Notes: generated from the sequence alone by a model not told the origin. A stretch of DNA of 64,000 nucleotides from Psammoneis japonica (GCA_008632985.1 QPGO01000064.1:124001-188000), one strand, 5' to 3'; counted from the first letter of the stretch, positions 22,728-36,424 are shown. Numbers and translations: made by a program.

Positions 22728-25386
22728 ATGGGGAAAAGCACGATTGTTCGTTTTAGTTTCATTTACTTGATCGCCGGGCTGCTTTGCGATTCAATTGTGG
22801 GAGCCGTCCATGCATTTGCAGATCTGCGCAACCTGGAACCAGGGGAAGGCCGGATGTCCCAAGGGGCGTTCCTCTGTGCTCCTTTGAACGGTCGATCGAT
22901 GGAACCGACGATGATGGTGAAGAAGCCGTTGTCTCCACCAGGTGACTCAGACGAGGGCAAGTCATTCTGACAGGCAGCAGAGACCTTGAGCTGTGCCGAG
23001 CGGTCTTTTCTGGTGATCCAGATCTCTTGCACCTTTACGTTGGATTGAGATTTGGTCGAGCACATGTGCCACGTGGGGCTTTGGTTCTCAGTGCCCATGT
23101 CGAGTTCTCGGTTGAGCCCGAGGAAAGCAGCCGGCGAGACTTGGGGAACGACAAAGAGGCATCCTTGACGATTTTGGGAGAGCACGCGGGCGATGCATCC
23201 CGCTTTCGAGGAAAACGAAGCTCTGTGAAATCTCTCGCAGAATTGAACCGGGTGCTCCTTGGTCTGTGAGCTGGGTTGAGACAGAGGAGTGGAGATGTTG
23301 TGGCAAGAGGAACGCCACCTGCATCAGTCCTGTCATCCAAGATGTGATCAACCTCGAAGATTGGCAGTCAGGAAATGCTTTGGGGTGATGTCAGTGGTCT
23401 TTGGCAGTGCGAAAGACAACGGAACAAGAGTGGCGTGTGGCTGTGATGCTGGTGTCAACGTCGCACCCAAGTTGACATTGGAGCATGTTCAACCCTCTGA
23501 TGTCCAGTCGGCTTGCCTTGACGATCCGTTCTCATCCATCTGCAAAACCTTTGGCATTGAGCCACCAAAAACTGACGCCCCCACATCGAATCCAACACTG
23601 CGTCCAACAACTTCTGTGCCAATGCCATCTGCTGCATTGCCAACATCACCTCCAACCTTTCAACCAATGAGCTCACCTGCGGCATGCCCAACGCCACCAA
23701 CACGTCGCTGCCACCCACAGTTCAGCCGACTGGAGCTCCAACTTCTAGACCGAGTCCATTGCCGACGCCGGTTCCTGCAAACTGTCCAACCCAACGTCAA
23801 ACTCTCATGCCGATGCTTTAACCAACATTTTCACCAACCAATGCCTCAACAACCTCGCCCACACAAGCACCATCCACACACACCCAACGCTGCAGCATCA
23901 AACAAAAACCCAGACAAAATCGAGTTTGGGGGGATTGCTTCCCGACAAAAGTGGCAAGACGGGACTTCCATGCACCAACGACACCGAGTGTGCTTCGAAA
24001 ACATGCAGAAATGGTGTCTGCATGGCCTCCTCTGAATGTCGCCCGATTCATCATAGATGTGGTGCACCACTTGATGTCAATGCCATCAACATTGTCTTTG
24101 TTGGGTCAGGATTTGCTTCGTCCACTCACAGGAAATGGAAATCGCGAGCAAATGAAATGCTCATCAAAATCCAAAGCCATGCAATGTTCTCAAAGGACAT
24201 TGAGCAGCTGAACTTCTTCATGGTTGATCCTGTCAACCTCAGTGATTCCTTTTGCAACTTTGGTTGTGACGGTGTTGATCGACTCCTGTGTTGTGACGTT
24301 GGTCAAGTCGAAGCCTCAGCCAGTCGATGCTTCCCCGTCGGTCCAAATCTTCAAACACCAGTCGTTCACAACTCAAGGCAGTGTGGTGGAGCTGGTTGCA
24401 CTCATTGCAACATGGCCACATTCTCACTGCATGAGCTGGGGTGGCTTGTTGCTGTTCACGAACTTGGTCACTCACTCTTGGAGCTGGGTGACGAACATGC
24501 ACACGGAGATGAAAACGGAAATGAGCCCAACTGTGACTCCAGTTTCGACTGTGAGGAGTGGTCTGATCTAATCGAGCGCACCCCGGAAGGATGCGATCCA
24601 GCATCTTGTGTTCCAGGTTGCAGCAAGGGTCACTTTGTTTCGGGCAGTTTGCACATGGACAGTTTGGAAGCTCCTGCAGGTGCCGTGAATGATCGCTTCT
24701 CATGCTGCACATGTCTCGCTTTGACAAAAGCGCTCCCATCCTGCTGCGATGTGTTTGACTTTTCTCCAAACTGCCTGCGAGATCACTGTCAAAACTGTGA
24801 CTGTCCGCACTGTGGCAATTCAAACTGCGACCCGAATGGTGCAACAAATGTCAATGCTCCTTCCAGCTCTTCAGATCATGTTGCGAATTTTGTGCGGTTG
24901 GAGAATCCAGTGCTGATCAAGTTGAAGTTGCGGAGAAATGGCAAAGCAGTTGCACGAGGCAATCACACCCCACTTCCGCCAGGACTGTGTCGCAGGGCTC
25001 AAGTCGAGGGTGACTTTCCACAGTCAAAGGTCGCGGCGAGACAAGGGATTGACTCAATGCTGAAAGTGAAGGCATTGCATCGCGGTGGAAAACAAGTTTT
25101 GTTCTTTTCCCAGAGCGCGACTGTTGAAGTGCCATTCCCGGCTGTGGAAGGAGAGGGACGAAACAAAGTTCCTCGGCGAGTGTGCAAGAAATCGAAATCT
25201 TTCGATCTCATTGTCAACACGTCTGTGGTGAAAGATTGGAGAGTCAGTGGTGTAATCCTCAACGAGAACAACGCCCAAATCGCAAGTGAAATGCTGCCTT
25301 CCATGAGGAGAGAGGGTTTCAGTTGGATGCAGAGGACACCATCTTCCTGGGCATCTTTGCTGTTCGATGATTTCAGGTCACATTGA
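22728..25386 (+). pseudogene. Secreted peptidase M64-like zinc metalloprotease with PT-rich linker, hypermutated
   Basis: Signal peptide at 22728, Pro/Thr-rich linker, NIVFVGSGF, (Y>C)GGAG(Y>C), AVHELGHS..LGDE(Y>H). Stops and frameshifts in the 5' half. No Tyr in the 486-aa ORF 23926-25386. Confidence 0.8.
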
Positions 25387-26077
25387 TTCGACTCGACCAA
25401 GACTTTCGTTTGTCGCCATTTGCACATTTATACATGTACAAGCACCTGCGACAGGAGAGCGGTGCAACCAAGTGAAGACAACGGCAGTGCCTGAGCGACA
25501 CTTCTAAACGCAGGTTTGTCCCGCCCCCAACACTTTGGCACTGCATGAGTTTGTTTTCATCCACCGCCTCTGGCTAGCTCTGCCGTGACAAAATCAAAAC
25601 TTTATTACTTTAAGTCAGAGGCTCAAGTTTGCGCTCTAGGGAGAGGACACCGCCACGAGCTTTGTGCATTGTCGCAAGAATGAGACAATGTGGTCTTGCT
25701 CTTCTGGATTCGTTCAAGCTCACAGTGGGCTTTACTCTAGTTTAGTGCTTTGGATTCAGATGGAATACTATTGGAGGAAAAAGACCGCCATCAAACATGA
25801 AACTTTGCGCATTACTTCTATCACTTCTTGTAGTCGTCAATCATCGTTCTTTTGTTGGTCCGCTGTGGGAAACGAAACGAAAATGTGGGGAGGAAAGACG
25901 ATATGTTTCATATCCAATGTTTTTACATCAAATGATGGGACGTTATCTTTGCAAAGTCGCGCCACTTGATTTGAATCTTAGCTTGCTTTCAACGGTGTTG
26001 AAGCGGCAAAGCTCAAATAAGCGCCGACACACCAGAGAAGTGATATTCATTCCTGTGAACGTTAAGTTACAGCCACC

Positions 26078-26665
26078 ATGTCAGCCACTGCAGCTGCTGA
26101 ATCTAATCATCCCGTTCCTGCCGCCGTTCTGGATACCAACTTAGCAAAGGATGGAACAAAAGAGGATGGACCGGAAGGATGTTATCTGACTTATGAATCA
26201 GACTCGGGCGGAAAGCTCATGTTATGTTATTCCAAAGGCCCAATCCCGGACAATGCTGTTGGATTCTGGACTCCCGGAGAAGGACAAAAGATTCAAGGCT
26301 TCAAATTCAAGCAACACGGCGGTAGATCAGAACTTATCAAGGGTATTGCGGGTGGAGATGCGAATCGTCGTAAATATTTTGTAGGCTGGTGTCAATTTCT
26401 GAAACTCGCCAAGGCCAAAAAGGGAAAGGTGATCAAGTTCCCATTGCCCACCCAGGGTGTCGAAGTGGATGTATGGGGCTTTGTGGAAAAGGACTTGCAG
26501 CCATACAAACTAGAACTTGACGATGGACTTGTCGATACGAGTGAGTTTGATGCTGTTGCCGTCTTGCCCCGTCACAAGGATTTCCTCGAGGGTATCAAAA
26601 GCATTGCTGTATCGACCTTTTTAGAAAAGGGGAACCTTGCAGGGGCGTCGACTTTGTTGCGTTAA
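26078..26665 (+). CDS. Hypothetical protein, 195 aa
   Basis: Clean ATG-TAA ORF with normal amino-acid composition. Family not recognised. Confidence 0.7.
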   Translation: MSATAAAESNHPVPAAVLDTNLAKDGTKEDGPEGCYLTYESDSGGKLMLCYSKGPIPDNAVGFWTPGEGQKIQGFKFKQHGGRSELIKGIAGGDANRRKYFVGWCQFLKLAKAKKGKVIKFPLPTQGVEVDVWGFVEKDLQPYKLELDDGLVDTSEFDAVAVLPRHKDFLEGIKSIAVSTFLEKGNLAGASTLLR

Positions 26666-27745
26666 GGTGATACTCAAAGAAAGAGACTTTCTGAGATTGT
26701 GTGTGGGGGATAGATGTGGAATAGCATCTTTGGTTATTGCTTCGAAGTTATACTGAGTAAGCACATGATGTATGGAACAAGCAGCCACTGTAATGATTTT
26801 AAAACATTTGGTTGCATCAGGAGGATACTTATGGAGCTCCTTTATATGCCTTTTGTACTTGTTTAAAAGAGAATTGCGAATGCAGAGGAGCACGCTATGC
26901 GACACTTACGGTGTTGGATGAGCGAGGGAGTAGCTCAAAATATTAGTATATAAGAGAGGCATAAAGGCCATCCTAGTTCGATTGCAAGGCGCAATTGGCA
27001 ACTGACGAGTTGAAAGCTTGATGAACCCGTTGCTCTCAGCAGACGTTCAGATCGAGGATGGTCCTGCGGATAGTTTGTCCACGTTAAGTCCAGGTCTGCG
27101 AAATATTCTGAAGAGTGAGCAGAGGACATCCACCCAGCATGTACAAGCAAATTAGAGGTTACACCGTAGATAACTATGCTTTACGAGATGGTGGCCGGCC
27201 AGAACGAGACATTGGCAATTGACGAAAGATTGAAATATGCGCAACGCTGCCGGCATCCGATGCCATGTAAGATTGCCACTCAGTGATGTTTTTTCTGCAA
27301 GACGCCTTTGACATGAGCTGTGGAAGGAGAAGATGTCCGTGAAGCTGGCTTTGTGTTCTCCTGACACTCAACATAATCGTTCCAGGTACGCACTATAGAA
27401 ATTCTAGGACCTCGAAAGATGAAAGCATCGTAGCGTTTGTGCGATATTTCGCTCTCTCAAGAGAATGACTTACTCCAGTGTAGTCACACATTTGGTATCA
27501 ATGATGGAAAGGGCCAAAAACTAGCAAAACAGCGCTGCAATACAACAGAGAGAATTTGAATTGTAACCGTACTGAGAAACTACCTTTAGGTATGCCGCCC
27601 ATGTGTCTCACAGAACGGTATCTATCCAAGTGCAACATTTCTCACCCGCGGTCCCAAACGAAGCAGCTGTCAAGCGCCATGTCGCTCGCACCATACTTTG
27701 CAACTTGAACTCTTTATTGAATCTCCCCTTTGTCCGCAAGCCAGC

Positions 27746-27934
27746 TTACAGAGAAGGTGCCGTTTTGAACAGGTTAAATATCTGAACCACAGAGCTTCCA
27801 ACCACCACAACCAGAAAGAAACCAATCAACCACTTGGAAACCGGAAAATCGTCCTCATGTTCAGCTGCCTTTCCAATCGGAACATTTCCTCGCTTTGTTA
27901 CGTTCTTATCGAACTTGCTTGTGCGGTTACGCAT
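27746..27934 (-). CDS. SERP1: Stress-associated ER protein / RAMP4
   Basis: KFDKNVTKRGNVP and FPVSKWLIGFFLVVVVGSSVVQI match the RAMP4 consensus. Confidence 0.92.
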   Translation of the reverse strand: MRNRTSKFDKNVTKRGNVPIGKAAEHEDDFPVSKWLIGFFLVVVVGSSVVQIFNLFKTAPSL

Positions 27935-28541
27935 TGCACGTGGAGCTCCCTGAGCGAAACAAAACGAATGAGGAGTGTTTCAACCACGTCATGTAAGTGC
28001 ACATTTCTGTATCTCTCGACAAATCTCTCCGACAGTAACGACTTGTACGTACCATGTTTGTTATCGCAAAGTTATCAAGAGGCTTACGGTAATCAAACGT
28101 TTGTCAAAGTGTGCTCAATGCGACAACGGCATGCAAAGTCTTTTTGTGGGGAAGCGAACGGTAGGTGCGAAAAACAAAAACGGGATGACCGTCTATCAAT
28201 GACGGGATTGAGTGATCATAACCCATTTTGTTTTTATGTATTCGCCTACGAATACCTCACGCACGATTCAACGCATGACAGTTAATATATTCTAAAATAT
28301 TAATATCTAACATTATATTCAACGGAAATTATCATTGACCTTCTGTATATGTAGATTAAATCGCCGAAACTGCCGCTCACAAAATGCTTTTTTCCTCGTC
28401 CCCCTCGCCATGTTGGGAGTTGAGAGTTGGGAGCGTCCTCGTCCGTTGCACTTGACGCCCCTTTTTCAAACCAAAAGGTTCCTGTCTAGGCGTGACATAC
28501 ACCAAGCTTCATCACAGAACGTGTAAAAGGAAGTTTCAATC

Positions 28542-29435
28542 ATGGGTTTCTTTGACAAGCTGACGGCTGGAGCAATCTCAATGGTTGTATCGGGAAACAC
28601 GGGGGTGTCACCGTTTCTCACGCTCTTTATTGTTGGGTGTATGGAAAAGTCAAACCCGACCTGTTACAAATGGACGAAACCATGGAAAAATGCTAGCGTC
28701 GTGGCCTTCGCTCTTCTTTTTGGGAATCTTTTCCGTGCTGGAATTCTTGTCCATGTGCATTCCAGTGGTGGATGAAATTGTAGACGCCGTCATGACTGTG
28801 GTCATTCCAATCATGAGCATTATTGGCAGTCCTAGTACCTTTGGATTGCTGACAAATGTTGCCGAGGGATATGAGTTTGACGGAAACGACGAAGGGGAAC
28901 GCAGACTTGGTGCTGCATCGTCTGCGCTAGTGGTTTTTCAAGTCATCTTGGTCATTATTGGAATTATATTGGCATTGTCTATGCACATGTTCAAAATGGT
29001 AAGAAGAGATCACAAGCCCACGATTCGTCTGTTGGATTCCTTTACGTGCGAATGATGATTCACCTGTTAACTAAATGGCAACTCAATTTCGGCACCGTAA
29101 CACACACTCTTCTCGTCTCTTTCCTGAACCCGCAGTTGATTCGAATAATTGGCGAAGGTTGGCTTACCAATGTCATGACCTTGATTGAAGCATTCTATGT
29201 GACTTCGAGCGTGACGATTGTGGTCTTTATCAAGCCAATTGCAATTTTTGTGGCGGGTTGCATTGTAATGATCCTTGCTTACACTATCAAAAGAAAATAC
29301 TTTGACGAGAAAGATGAAATCGAGCCATTGGCACAAAATGAAATGGCTAGTCAATCCGCACAAGAGATAGCTGCGACCTCTATTGATCCAGAAACAGGAA
29401 GATCAAATTACGTGACCATGCCGGATGCAAAGTAA
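28542..29435 (+). CDS. DUF4126-like multi-pass membrane protein
   Basis: SGNTGVSPFLTLF and LEFLSMCIPVVDEIVD with several TM segments. Intron about 28999-29135. Frameshift near 28660-28690. Confidence 0.65.
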
Positions 29436-29640
29436 ATCGGACAACCCTTTGTTGCGATACGCGACATATTCCAAACTCTAATGATGAACCGTTGAAAGTT
29501 CTGCTCTTCCATTTTCAATATAAACGGGCCAAATTTCGCCACTTACGGTTGGTCTCGTCGGTAGCTTCTCTAATGGTATTCTAATATTAAGCATCTGTAA
29601 AACTCTAAATTCTAAAAGGGGCCAAGTGTACTGTAGCGCA

Positions 29641-31363
29641 TCAGTGGCAGGCGTACATGCTTGGCTGGTCCGTAGCTGAGAGAATCCTACGATGAGGACG
29701 GTGTCGCGACAGCATGGGGGACTGGGCCAAGGGCGGCTTGGCAATCTCCATGGAGCAGGAACGTGGCCTCCTGGGTAGCTTGGGAGACTTCTTCTCGACC
29801 GGTTCGTACTCAAACATCACGTTGTTATGCTCCATCTGACGAATCAGGGCAACGTCACGATCCAGAACATCCCTGGATGGATGCATCAAGACTGTGCATC
29901 CTATATCGGTGGCAAGGTCGATCGTTGGCACGACTTTGGATCCAGGTTTGATATGACTCTGTAGGCAGACAAAGGATGGCAGAAGCTTGATGATATCGTA
30001 GCCTGGAGTTGACTTGACGACACCGGTCGAGAACGATACCAAGTCAACAATTTGCCCAGATGCCTTGAAGGGGCTAGGTGGCTTGTCTGGGAGACGATCA
30101 AACTGCTCCTTGTTGAGATAGGCATCGACTGAAGCATCAACTTGATTGTAACCGCCAGTCAAGGCGCGGCAGAGGACCTCCCATGCGCCATCCCCACCAT
30201 TGGCGCGACAATTCATCTCAACAAGACACGGTCCATCCTCCGTAATGATCACCTCGCCGTGTGTGGGACCGTTGCGAATGCCAAGAGCATCCAAGACACC
30301 CCTGACGTATGGGATAAGAATCTTGCCTTCTGGGGACTCGGAATCGATGGGGATATCGTTGAAATACACGAAGGAAGCACCGTTGGCGGCGTGCTTATCG
30401 TATACCCAAGTCATCATGCTGCAAAAGGGAGTTATACACAAGATAAATGTACGTTCGTTCTGACCCTCAAATACACAAAACTAACGGATGAACACTCACG
30501 TCTTGTGAACACCGTCGCGCGACACATGGTCCACTACGTATTCCTTTCCTCGCAAGAACTCTTGGCAGAGTACCTCGTGGCACTTGCCTCCATTGACCAT
30601 ATCATGTACTTCCATGAGGTTGTGAAAGTGCGCCTTTGCCTCTTGGAACGTATGGCACAACTTGACGCCATCACTGCCAGCCGAGTCGTCGGGTTTAACA
30701 ATAACAGGGTACTTTTCGTTCTTGAGAAAGTCCTCAACCTGAGAAAACTCACTACCAGCCGCCTGACGAATGGAGCGAAGGCCAGCAGCCTTGATGAGCT
30801 CTTGTTGGATCTTCTTGTCACGTCGGTTGGGGATTTCCGTGCCGTTGGTAAGCATGCCCATTTCTTCACTGAGCGCATCCGCCAAATCTACACCAGCTTC
30901 ACCACCGCACAAGACTGAAACAACTTGCATATCACGATGACGTGTCTCTTGAAGCACCATGGCCGCCGTCTCGGGAACTGTCGACTGCTCTTCAAGAACA
31001 AGATCGTACTTGAGAGAGTCCTTGCACGATAAAGGGACGTGTTTCTTCATAACTTCTGAAAAGCCATGAGACCACAAGCAGATAACCTTGTAGCCTCGAC
31101 TCTGAATCTCTCGAGCGATACAACATCCCGTCGAGTAGGGTGTTACAACCACAACGGCCTCGGAGACCTGAGGCTCATTGTCGCCATTGCTGGTGGATCC
31201 TTGGCGCGAAAACGGCAGCGGCGCCATCTATGAATGAAAATGGGGTGGGATCAGAGTGAGAGGTGAGAAGCCTTCCATATATTCAATATCTGCCGGCTTG
31301 ATCAATACCACAAACATACCTTGAACTACTTTTTTCTATTGCTGATGATTGTGTCGCTTGCAT
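29641..31363 (-). CDS. ATP-grasp domain ligase (L-amino-acid ligase/carnosine synthase-like), 3 exons
   Basis: RRDKKIQ, YPVIVKP.DSAGSDGV, QEFLRGKEYVVD, GPTHGEV, LVEMNCR. GT-AG introns at about 31319-31229 and 30498-30421. Confidence 0.88.
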
Positions 31364-31679
31364 CTTGTGACAATTTGCGAAACCGAATCCTTTTTTGGAT
31401 TCGCATTGGTTATTTTGTGGCGAGGGAAGCGTTGAGATCACCTCGTCGGTTGGTGCAATTTCTTGCACGAATGAACGTGCCAATCGCAAAAGATACGGAA
31501 AGAAACCCGGATTTGGATCTTTCTCAAAATTTGAAATTTCGTTGACACGTCTGACGCACGATCATCATCATGCTGTTGATGCCATCAAACTGAACAAAAG
31601 CGAACAGCATGTGGTGTTTACTACCTTTCATCAATCAGCAATAGCTCTAGTATAGGCAACCTTCCTCTGATACTATACA

Positions 31680-32960
31680 ATGCAACGACATCCTCATGAT
31701 GATATGCTTCCCACGCACGAGAGCCATTCGTTGATGCGACACATTTCCATGGACGATGATGCGGTTGTGCATGGTGACCAGTTGCTGGTGAGACGACTAT
31801 GGAATCAGTTCAAGACAAGATTGATGCAAAGACAAGTCCAGATTTGGGCAGTCATGATTGTCGTGTGCGTGTTGGTTTTGAGTATAATCATTCAGCTATC
31901 GAAAGAGTCAACACCGATTATTCCAATCGAGAAAGCACAAGAACATTTACTCGATATCGGAGGAGGACTGTCGCTTTGGTATCGCGTGTGGGGAAACAAA
32001 GACACAGGTGTCCCGGTTTTGTTTGTTCATGGTGGACCGGGCAACTGTATTGCTGACTATGGCAATGGGAATGCTAGGTTCTTTGACAAGAATAAGTTTT
32101 TCGTGGTGGAAGCCGATCAACGCGGGACGGGCCGCTCACAGCCAAGCGTACGGGACGACTGTGAGAATCAACGCTACTATCGCAATATCACAATTGATCA
32201 AATGAGTCATGACTACGAGTTGGTAAGAAAGGATCTCGGGATTGACAGGTGGCTCGTGTTTGGTGGCTCCTGGGGATCAACGCTCAGCATTGACTATGTG
32301 GAGCGCTACCCAGAGCCGGTGCTTGGTTTGATACTGCGAGGCATCTGGCTCAATACAAAGCCCGAGTTTGACTCTATCTTTACAAGAAGCGCCTATAAAG
32401 GTAACGATGACCAGCTAGCCAAGTTTGACATGTGGTTCAATCTTGCGGCAGAGGAGGCGATTGATTCGGGTGAAAAGGAACTCGACCCCGACGACGGAGA
32501 GCGCTTCTTTCGTATTTATAGTCGCTTGATTCATCAATGCAACAAGCAAGCCATGTGGGGTTGGCATACATGGGAATTCAATCAAATGGAAGAAGACCCA
32601 GCCAAGTTGCTAGACCCGTACACAATTGTTCCCCGAGTATTGCCAGAAGCCATGAGCGTTTCCTTCTTTGAGAACCGTCTGTTCCTTGATGGCACCTACG
32701 ACAACCCATCGAATCTGCTAGACACCGTTTACCGAATGAAACACATACACATTTGGATCTGTCAGGGGCTTCGTGATAAGGTATGCCCAACACAATACGG
32801 CGCACTAAAGCTAGCGGATGCATTGGTGGATGCCGGAGTGACGGTGAGGGCCCAGTTCTTGGACGCGGGCCACGAAGATACGAATCCATTGATTGCCAAG
32901 TGCCTGGAGGAATCCGTGGACGACTTTTTAGAGAAGTTACCTAATGCCAATGATAGATAA
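31680..32960 (+). CDS. pip: Proline iminopeptidase (S33) with N-terminal membrane anchor
   Basis: HGGPG, DQRGTGRS, GGSWG, LILRGI, QGLRD, AGH. Confidence 0.92.
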   Translation: MQRHPHDDMLPTHESHSLMRHISMDDDAVVHGDQLLVRRLWNQFKTRLMQRQVQIWAVMIVVCVLVLSIIIQLSKESTPIIPIEKAQEHLLDIGGGLSLWYRVWGNKDTGVPVLFVHGGPGNCIADYGNGNARFFDKNKFFVVEADQRGTGRSQPSVRDDCENQRYYRNITIDQMSHDYELVRKDLGIDRWLVFGGSWGSTLSIDYVERYPEPVLGLILRGIWLNTKPEFDSIFTRSAYKGNDDQLAKFDMWFNLAAEEAIDSGEKELDPDDGERFFRIYSRLIHQCNKQAMWGWHTWEFNQMEEDPAKLLDPYTIVPRVLPEAMSVSFFENRLFLDGTYDNPSNLLDTVYRMKHIHIWICQGLRDKVCPTQYGALKLADALVDAGVTVRAQFLDAGHEDTNPLIAKCLEESVDDFLEKLPNANDR

Positions 32961-33651
32961 AAAAGAAGGCAGCTGCATAGAATTAAAAAAAGCTGCTTAG
33001 ACAATTTTCCTATAGAGATTTGCTTTGTAGTGTATGTATAAGACTTAGTCCCTACCAGTAAGTTCTGCAAAGTGGGTGATGCTCATCCCGAATCATTCAC
33101 TGCAATATCAGAGGCAGCTATACGTAGTACCTATTTACAGATTGCTTCCACTCGTACCGGTAACGAGAGTTTGAGCATCTGTACGACGGAAGGGCGAAGA
33201 TCTGGCGGTCTGTATTTTTATTCATATCGATTGGCAGCTCTTCCGCAAGTAGGTTAGTCCTGTGTCGATTCGTTTGACAGGCGAAGCACCAAACAAAGTC
33301 TTTTGTCATTTACCGACGCCGTCTAGATACCCTCAATACTGGTCGCAAAGTCAGGAGACTCAACAATGTGTTTCTAGTGTTGTACCGTCTTGGTCACGAT
33401 GACAGCAAAGTTCTTATCTTTGAAGCGACGTTCTACTAGAGTTAGAGCTAGCTAGACATCGAGCTTAACACTTATCTAGCTACCGGTAGACATGCACTTC
33501 TAGCAATTCCTACTAAGGTACGACACGAACCATATCCTACACGAAAGCTTGAAATAAGAATTTAGTATTGAAAATGTCTATCTCGTGTTGCAAGTGTGTT
33601 CTTTAAAGAATAGTACATACACGACGTGTTGAACATGGCGTAATTGTTCTT

Positions 33652-34070
33652 TCAAAACGTATTGAGATTGTGTCTTAGAATCTCATTCTGTTTAAATCCA
33701 TTGCCATGCCGTAGCCCATCAAACTGAACTTTTGATCCCATTGGTGGCCACCACTCTGATCGTCCCAGTCTTCCACGCGTTGATAGCCTCCTTTCTTCTG
33801 TTGATTGGCCGGAGGACTCGAATGACCCAAAGTTTCAGTGCTGTTGTCTCCGCCACCACTCATTACGAATTGTTCAAAGGCAGCCGGGTCCTTTGCTGCT
33901 TGTTGCAACCGAGCATAGTAATCCGCATCCTTGTTGGCAAAAAATCGTGTCGATCCTGCTCGTGCTGGTCGTGGTGCTGTAAACGCGTTGCCGACAGACA
34001 CGACCGAAGTCGCAACCAACAGGGACAACAACATGCCGTTCTTGGTGAATACGTTGTTTCGTCTTGTCAT
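33652..34070 (-). CDS. Small, probably plastid-targeted protein
   Basis: Signal peptide plus NAFTAP and GYQRVEDWD. With one frameshift near 33730 it continues QFDGLRHGNGFKQNEILRHNLNTF-stop. Confidence 0.7.
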
Positions 34071-35259
34071 TTTTGATGAATGTTTAGATATATGGAGTGT
34101 TAATATGAAATGTGATGAAGGAGTGAATGTGAAGGATGCAATTGATGCGTTGCTTTGTCAACTCCGACGCCTCAAACTGCTGTGTCTTTGTCGAGGTTGG
34201 CGAAAGCGAACACAAGAATGTGCGAAGTTGCATGCGAGTTTGTTTCGTTGATGGCGGGAACGTCCCCTTGCGTAGAGCTGGTATTGTTTCTACGAGGAAA
34301 ATTCTCATCCGGGTTCTCTGTTGATCTTGGTGCATCCTACGAGAGATTCTGGTATCTGGCTACATGCGTGATTTGTCGTACGTTCACTCGTAGGATCCGG
34401 TATCGACCGCGATTCAGTCGACTCACTCGACTACGGGCCTATGATATTTTTTTGGTTTCCGTTCCACGTGCACGTTCAGTATGTTTCTATGTGCTTGCAA
34501 TGACCTCCCGGTCATTCGACAGTTGTTTGGTCCAAGATATTCTCGTCAACCACAAACAAACGGAGCGCATCTTCCCGAAAACAAAGCAATCTACTACTAT
34601 ATCCCAGCTAGAACTTGGAACTTGGAAAGATGTTGAGTAGGCTACTCTAGTTTGGAAAGAAATAAGGCTGTAGACTTTTGAATAATTATCAGTCGACTCT
34701 ATTGTGCCAATATCTAGTGTTGCAAAATCCAACTACCGTACCTTACGGTCTTCTCTAGACTTGAGCTATCTTTGCTGTATCTTGCAGTAAATTCTTTCAC
34801 GATAGGAAATCCAAGAGGAAAAAACAGTTCGTCGTGGCTTCCTCGAATGAACTGAAAAGGATCCATAATTCCAATAGGATAAAGTAGTCTCGTGATACCA
34901 AAGCCAGAAAGTTTTAAGTTTCAGCACCCCAATCTTGGACTGTGAGTAGTCACAAACCGCTTTAAACACTCTGTACGCAACAGACAAAAGAGGCAATAAC
35001 AAACATACTAAGGCTCAAAATAATATAGAAAGATCTAAAGAAAATCTGTTTGCTACAATAATTACACAAATAAATCCTACTCGAGTAGAAGCGCATAAGG
35101 ATGCGAGGAGACATAGATCCCAGAAAAGCAATACACTGACAAGAAATAAACCATCAGTATCCTCTCAAAGACACCGCGCCACTCATCTGACCTGAATTCA
35201 CAGACACACACAAGTCTCGCTCTCTCTCTCTCTCCTGTAAATCCAAATCACGCCACTGC

Positions 35260-35877
35260 TTAGCAGCAGTTCCTCTTCTGCGTTCCTTGGTTGGCATTCT
35301 TGAGGTTGAGACCCTTGGACGGTGAAGGTCCTCCCTGTCCATCGGCAACAAGCCTATCTTTGACCGATCGGGCCAATCCAATAAAGGACTGATCGACGTT
35401 AATGTCGTTCTTGGCAGAGCACTCATAAAAGTCAATCCCAAACTCCTTGGCTAACTTCTGTCCCTCTTCCGTAGACACCACCTTCTCGTCCAGCATGTCG
35501 CACTTGTTGCCCACAAGGATCTTGTTGACATGCACGTCGGCATGCTGCTGGATCTGGCTGATCCAATTACGAATCGACTCGAACGATCGGCGGTCCGTCA
35601 CATCGTACACTAGCAAAATGCCCTGAGCTCCGCGAAAGTACGAGGTCGTGATGGTGCGAAAGCGCTCTTGACCCGCCGTGTCCCAGATTTGGAGCTTGAT
35701 GCGAGTGCCGTCAATATCAACGTTCTTGATCTTGAAGTCAATGCCAATCGTGGTGATAAAGGTGGGACTGAAGGAGTCGTTGGCGTAACGGAGCAACAGA
35801 CAGGTCTTTCCGACACCCGAGTCGCCAATCATAAGCAGCTTCACCTGCATGTCGTATGGAGCGCTGCCCTGAGACAT
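35260..35877 (-). CDS. RAB8: Rab8/Sec4 (RabE) small GTPase
   Basis: [38 protein letters not shown] and C-terminal CC. Confidence 0.97.
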   Translation of the reverse strand: MSQGSAPYDMQVKLLMIGDSGVGKTCLLLRYANDSFSPTFITTIGIDFKIKNVDIDGTRIKLQIWDTAGQERFRTITTSYFRGAQGILLVYDVTDRRSFESIRNWISQIQQHADVHVNKILVGNKCDMLDEKVVSTEEGQKLAKEFGIDFYECSAKNDINVDQSFIGLARSVKDRLVADGQGGPSPSKGLNLKNANQGTQKRNCC

Positions 35878-36424
35878 GATTACTAAGTTATTGTTATTGT
35901 AAGATAAGGAGCACTAACAAAAGGAGAGACACTGGGTTCTGGTTGGATGGAGAGCAGCAACACCAGCAACAGCAGAGAGTAGCAACACCCAGAGAAAAAA
36001 GACTCGAGACTCGGTCTCGTGAAATCCACGATGCCAGCGATACGAGTGGGAGTCATGAAAGCGGCAGGCAATTCGTTCTGCAAATCTGTACCAGGATCTT
36101 GTAGAAATCTACGTAGGGCTGTGAAGTGAGTCCACGTCTTCAATTGGAAATTTTGGGGTTCGCTATAATGATATTCATGAATAAAAATGAATTTGTTTAA
36201 CGGTTATTTGGGTTCGTCACGCAAAATGATTTGTCAACAATCCTGAAGCTTTTATTTCAGTACAAAAAACACGTGAGTTCTACGGGTGCGCGTCTGTCTG
36301 TCGCCATTGAGAAGTTGTTTCTTTTTTCTCAAGACCATGACAAACGCTTCTGGACGGACGCGACAAAGAGATAAGATAAACTCGTTCCCTTCTTCTTCCA
36401 ACTGCTCTCGCAAACTATACATTA

